64,000 nt of DNA. Origin: Octopus bimaculoides (Eukaryota). Positions 60,901-64,000 of the stretch are shown one piece after another (the stretch's first letter is position 1; each line of letters opens with the position of its first letter). The position numbers and the translations under genes are program-made. Under the pieces are notes generated by a model. The model did not search any database. It worked only from the letters and a program-made list of their open reading frames with translations, and was not told the DNA's origin. The stretch is from the NCBI RefSeq assembly GCF_001194135.2, contig NC_068981.1, positions 2,746,404-2,810,403 of the forward strand. The letters run 5' to 3'.

Positions 60901-61053
60901 CTGGAGTGAAGAGTGACGCCACGTCATTGGTAACGTTGCTCCGTGGGAACCAGCTAATGGCGAAGAATGTTGCAGCCGCATGGCTTCTGAATATGAAGGA
61001 GGTGAATCTTGGATTTTTGTGCTGTTTGGTGAAAGACCAGAGATTGTGTGACG
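51355..61053 (-). CDS. CUEDC1: CUE domain-containing protein 1-like, 3' seven exons (405 aa in window)
   Basis: Exons (minus) 61053-60511, 58947-58743, 55737-55666, 53382-53260, 53149-53077, 51651-51540, 51444-51355 join in frame to a TGA at 51357-51355. Motifs recalled from CUEDC1: RNWNPPMLGTLPDDFLRL, DEHLAIVIQNSEFLQEL...LEKDR, LKHMG, TNLLEDE. The CUE domain itself is not seen. Confidence 0.88.
51540..51651 (-). CDS. CUEDC1: CUEDC1-like exon
   Basis: tttag|CCTTGG...ATTG|gttggt; 112 nt; LGEKIAPSMTNLLEDEE; donor is weak. Confidence 0.78.
51850..52855 (+). mobile_element. RTE-like LINE remnant (3' part)
   Basis: Broken frames PCSICRKDVGRNSVWCTQCRRWTHKRCSGITGRL and GRLYDVCIQTAMLHGSE, running into the shared 3' repeat (gtggttggcattaaggaagggcatccagc). 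Boundaries approximate. Confidence 0.75.
53077..53149 (-). CDS. CUEDC1: CUEDC1-like exon
   Basis: tctag|CTTCCA...ACAT|gtatcc; 73 nt; SRKQFVTLARKFFSRRKKK (basic patch). Confidence 0.8.
53260..53382 (-). CDS. CUEDC1: CUEDC1-like exon
   Basis: gacag|ATATTG...CGTG|gtcagt; 123 nt; EDAELRSQLKHMGR. Confidence 0.85.
55666..55737 (-). CDS. CUEDC1: CUEDC1-like short exon
   Basis: tgtag|ATCGAA...AGTG|gtgagt; 72 nt, phase 1-1; gives LEK-DRMNAAAF, matching the recalled LERDR junction. Confidence 0.75.
57377..58623. repeat. 37-bp perfect tandem minisatellite spanning an N gap
   Basis: Unit gggattgaacctgaaactatgtggttgaacctgctat starting at 57377, 57414, 57451, 57488 and 58478, 58515, 58552, 58589; no spacers. 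Confidence 0.95.
58743..58947 (-). CDS. CUEDC1: CUEDC1-like exon
   Basis: ttttag|ATTATT...AAAG|gtattg; 205 nt; YLADEHLAIVIQNSEFLQELRGNEDFMKTLEK. Confidence 0.9.
59031..59335 (+). mobile_element. tRNA-headed SINE family D
   Basis: tggcctagtggttaagggtgtt...ttcgattcc head. Related copies at about 40880-41180, 46640-46860 and 53935-54030. Confidence 0.7.
59346..59562 (+). mobile_element. SINE family B (about 215 bp, usually with (ATT)n tail)
   Basis: aaggcggcgagctggcagaa...ctgagttcaaatt...gtcgactttgcctttcatcc...ggccttgtgcct..gtagaaa. Other copies at about 1709-1938, 2133-2325, 14474-14688, 22940-23147, 35590-35858 and 35859-36060. Confidence 0.8.
60511..61053 (-). CDS. CUEDC1: CUEDC1-like exon
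   Basis: Long pyrimidine tract then aaacag|CGTCAC...AATG|gtaagt; 543 nt; DSPPSYSEAM, WNPPMLGTLPDDFLRL. Confidence 0.88.
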
Positions 61054-61127
61054 CTGTTTGAAACGAGAGGGAGAAAGAAAAAAAAAACAAACGTAAAAGA
61101 AAGGTCAAAATGAGAAAACGACATTAA

Positions 61128-61332
61128 CCCTTTCAACTCAACCTACCTGGGTCCACTTCTAGTTCTACAGATTTCCTATTTTAAAGTGGTCGAAATTAAA
61201 AACTTCCATCAAAATTTCATGTTAATTTGTGTCCCAAACAACAGCTTAATAAACGAGTTAATTTATTATAGTCTTTATGATGAAATTAATTGAAATAAAT
61301 AGGGTGTGCTTCAACAGAAACATGGAAAAGGG
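61128..61332. mobile_element. TTAA-flanked MITE (piggyBac-like ends)
   Basis: TTAA|cccttt ... aaaggg|TTAA. Similar elements at 55255-55410 and, more diverged, about 12725-12940. Confidence 0.65.
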
Positions 61333-61548
61333 TTAAATATAGTTTAATAAAAAGGAAGTCATGGTGAAGGACGTAATTTTTCAATTAAGAGTTGACTTAA
61401 TTACTGACTGCCATTTAGTTTCAGGGCAGCCCTGATTAAAACGGCCAACAATGAAATATATTTCAACTGTGGCCACCCCATCATTTATTTATCTTCATTA
61501 TTCAATGTTTTTGGGTTTTTTTCCTAAGACAGCAGTGTAGGATTTTAA

Positions 61549-61948
61549 CCCTTCAGCATTCAGATTATTCTGGCACGTAAAAGGACACCTTTTCGAGCGC
61601 GGCCGTTGCCAGTACCGTGTGACTGGCCCTCGTCCGGGTGGCACGTAAAAGCACCCACTACACTCTCGGAGTGGTTGGCGTTAGGAAGGGCATCCAGCTG
61701 TAGAAACTCTGCCAAATCAGATTGGAGCCTGGTGTAGCTACCTGGTTCACCAGTCCAACCCATGCTAGCATGGAAAGCGGACGTTAAGCGATGATGATGA
61801 TGAAATCATGCATTATCTCATAGCATGAAGATTTTGGTGATGCAAGTGTTTATTTTTACACCAACAAAGGGGTTAAGTATGAGAAACCAGATCGGGCCAG
61901 TTTGAAGATAAACAAGTGCTGGATAGGACCAGTTTAAATGCTAAAGGG
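61549..61948. mobile_element. TTAA-flanked MITE with nested family C insertion
   Basis: TTAA|cccttcagcatt ... aatgctaaaggg|TTAA; family C copy inside at 61574-61803. Confidence 0.7.
61574..61803 (+). mobile_element. Repeat family C: RTE-type 3' end or RTE-dependent SINE with (GAT)n tail
   Basis: ggagtggttggcgttaggaagggcatccagctgtagaaac...ccaacccatgctagcatggaaagcggacgttaa..gatgatgat. Copies at about 7200-7435, 9010-9133, 20925-21030(-), 22250-22590, 27745-27870(-), 35170-35414, 41405-41550, 41620-42270(-), 45350-45455 and 46170-46380. The same sequence ends the RTE remnant near 52800. Confidence 0.8.
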
Positions 61949-62599
61949 TTAAAGGGGAGTTGTCTGCAATTATACAGAAGCTTATTATCTTAGAATTTTA
62001 TTGAGTGAGTAACAAAGATCTTGAAGATTATAGACATAAATCTTCTCAGTCATATCTGAGACAACCGCAGGGAGAAACCCAAGTTATTCTTATAATTTCA
62101 AACTGTTTCCAGTCATCAATTGCCAACATGGAGTATCTGTAGTTTCCTCAGATCCTCATCATTTAATGTCCATTTAGTATGGGTTGGACAGTTGGACAAG
62201 AACTAACAAGTCTGACAACTGCACTGAGCTCCAATTGTCAGTTTTGGCATGGTTTCTACAGCTGGATGCCCTAGGACCCCTAAGAGCAGGTCAGGGATAT
62301 TTGTAGCTTAGTCAAAGAAGGGAGAGCATCATCTATTGCTCATTTTTAGGGGACTCTCATAAGGAGCAAATCTGAATTCTTGTAAAACAGAATATTCTAT
62401 GGTTGGGAATTAAATTCATAGAATATAATTTGGAAGAGAAGGAGTCTTGGAGAAGTTCAAATGCTTTGGTTTTGTGTGAACAAAGCTGAGAATAAAAAAT
62501 TTTCAGACTGTTTATTCCTGAATTTCATTTTATCTCTCATCATTAATTAAACAATTCCCTAGGGGGCCCATAATTGGCAATTGGTTAGAGACACTGACA

Positions 62600-62894
62600 T
62601 ATATATACACACATGTAATTTGCTAGTGTGTGTGTATACATATATATACATACATACATACACATACATCCATACATACATATACAAACATATATATACA
62701 TACATATACAAACATATATATACATACATACATATATACATACATACATATACAAACATATATATACATACATACATATATACATATACATACATACATA
62801 CATATATACATATACACACATATATACATACATACATATATATACACACATATACATATATACATATGCACACATATATACATACATGTATGTG

Positions 62895-62926
<32 letters not shown>

Positions 62927-63436
62927 TATACATACACACACATATATATACATATATACATACACATATATACATATATACATACACATATATATACATA
63001 TATACATACNNNNNNNNNNNNNNNNNNNNNNNNNNNNNNNNNNNNNNNNNNNNNNNNNNNNNNNNNNNNNNNNNNNNNNNNNNNNNNNNNNNNNNNNNNN
63101 NNNNNNNNNNNNNNNNNNNNNNNNNNNNNNNNNNNNNNNNNNNNNNNNNNNNNNNNNNNNNNNNNNNNNNNNNNNNNNNNNNNNNNNNNNNNNNNNNNNN
63201 NNNNNNNNNNNNNNNNNNNNNNNNNNNNNNNNNNNNNNNNNNNNNNNNNNNNNNNNNNNNNNNNNNNNNNNNATATATATATATACACATACATACATAT
63301 ATATATATACACATACATACATATATATATATACACATACATACATATATATATATACACATACATATATATATATATACACATACATATATATATATAC
63401 ACATATATATATATATATACACATATATATATATAT

Positions 63437-63469
<33 letters not shown>

Positions 63470-63470
63470 A
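62600..63470. repeat. Compound (TA)/(CATA) microsatellite with N gap
   Basis: Read directly from sequence; explains the spurious YI/HT/CV ORFs. Confidence 0.95.
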
Positions 63471-64000
63471 AGTTAACACTTGTTTCTATGTTCAGTATTA
63501 ATAAAAACCACTTCACATTAATCCGATGGGTTACTCTATGCTTTTGTAGAACACAAATTTATTATTTTTTAACAAGAACATTGCTGACAGTAAGTTCGAA
63601 GTTTTGGCCAGTTAAGCTATCATCAGACTGCGATGAATTACCTGGCGAAAACTTCAAAGTCACAGTCAAAAATATTGTTTAAGAATGATATAAGCATATC
63701 TTTATAGTGAGATGTGTACAACACGCACACACACAACAACAAAATGAGTTAAAATTGAAATTCTAACATTTAAAACATTTTTAGAACAAAACAAAGCATT
63801 AAATAACCAACAACAAAACAATAACATCATTACTAACATAATTGTATTAAGTCAGTCACATAAGCAATTATAATATAATTATCAAAATAATTACATTAAT
63901 TAAGTTAGATAACCAATTAACAAACTATAACATAATTACAAAACTTATCTCGACATGCAGATAGGGATGTTTTGTTTTTTTGTTTTATCTATGTTTTATC

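Noticed and set aside
61054-64000. CUE-domain exon of the minus-strand gene
   Set aside because: No FP-containing CUE-like peptide was found; the possible donor near 63641 has no supportable coding sequence.

Overview
AT-rich, intron-rich animal DNA, not prokaryotic. The repeat content (dense tRNA-derived SINEs, TA/CA microsatellites) looks like an octopus or other coleoid genome; the species is my inference. Two convergent genes are present. (1) On +, a TTC28 orthologue: 17 in-phase GT-AG exons from 9646 to at least 44375, 7,700 coding nt (at least 2,566 aa). It encodes a long TPR array, a CHAT-type domain, the conserved post-CHAT region and a Ser-rich tail. Its 5' exons are not in the window and its stop codon appears to lie in an N gap. 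(2) On -, the 3' seven exons of a CUEDC1-like gene (61053 to a stop at 51355); the CUE-domain exons are not found here. Introns and the intergenic region hold at least four SINE-like families, RTE, CR1-like and R4/Dong-like LINE remnants, a mariner and a Tc1 element, TTAA-flanked MITEs, several long hairpins and a 37-bp minisatellite. There is no CRISPR array, rRNA or intact tRNA gene, and I found no convincing new multi-gene system. Most interesting leads: a CHAT domain lacking its catalytic Cys, a (TAA)n-targeted RLE retrotransposon, a B-box-derived minisatellite, a foldback structure with two tRNA-like copies, and a candidate poison exon. Protein comparisons are from memory of the human proteins, not from a run alignment.
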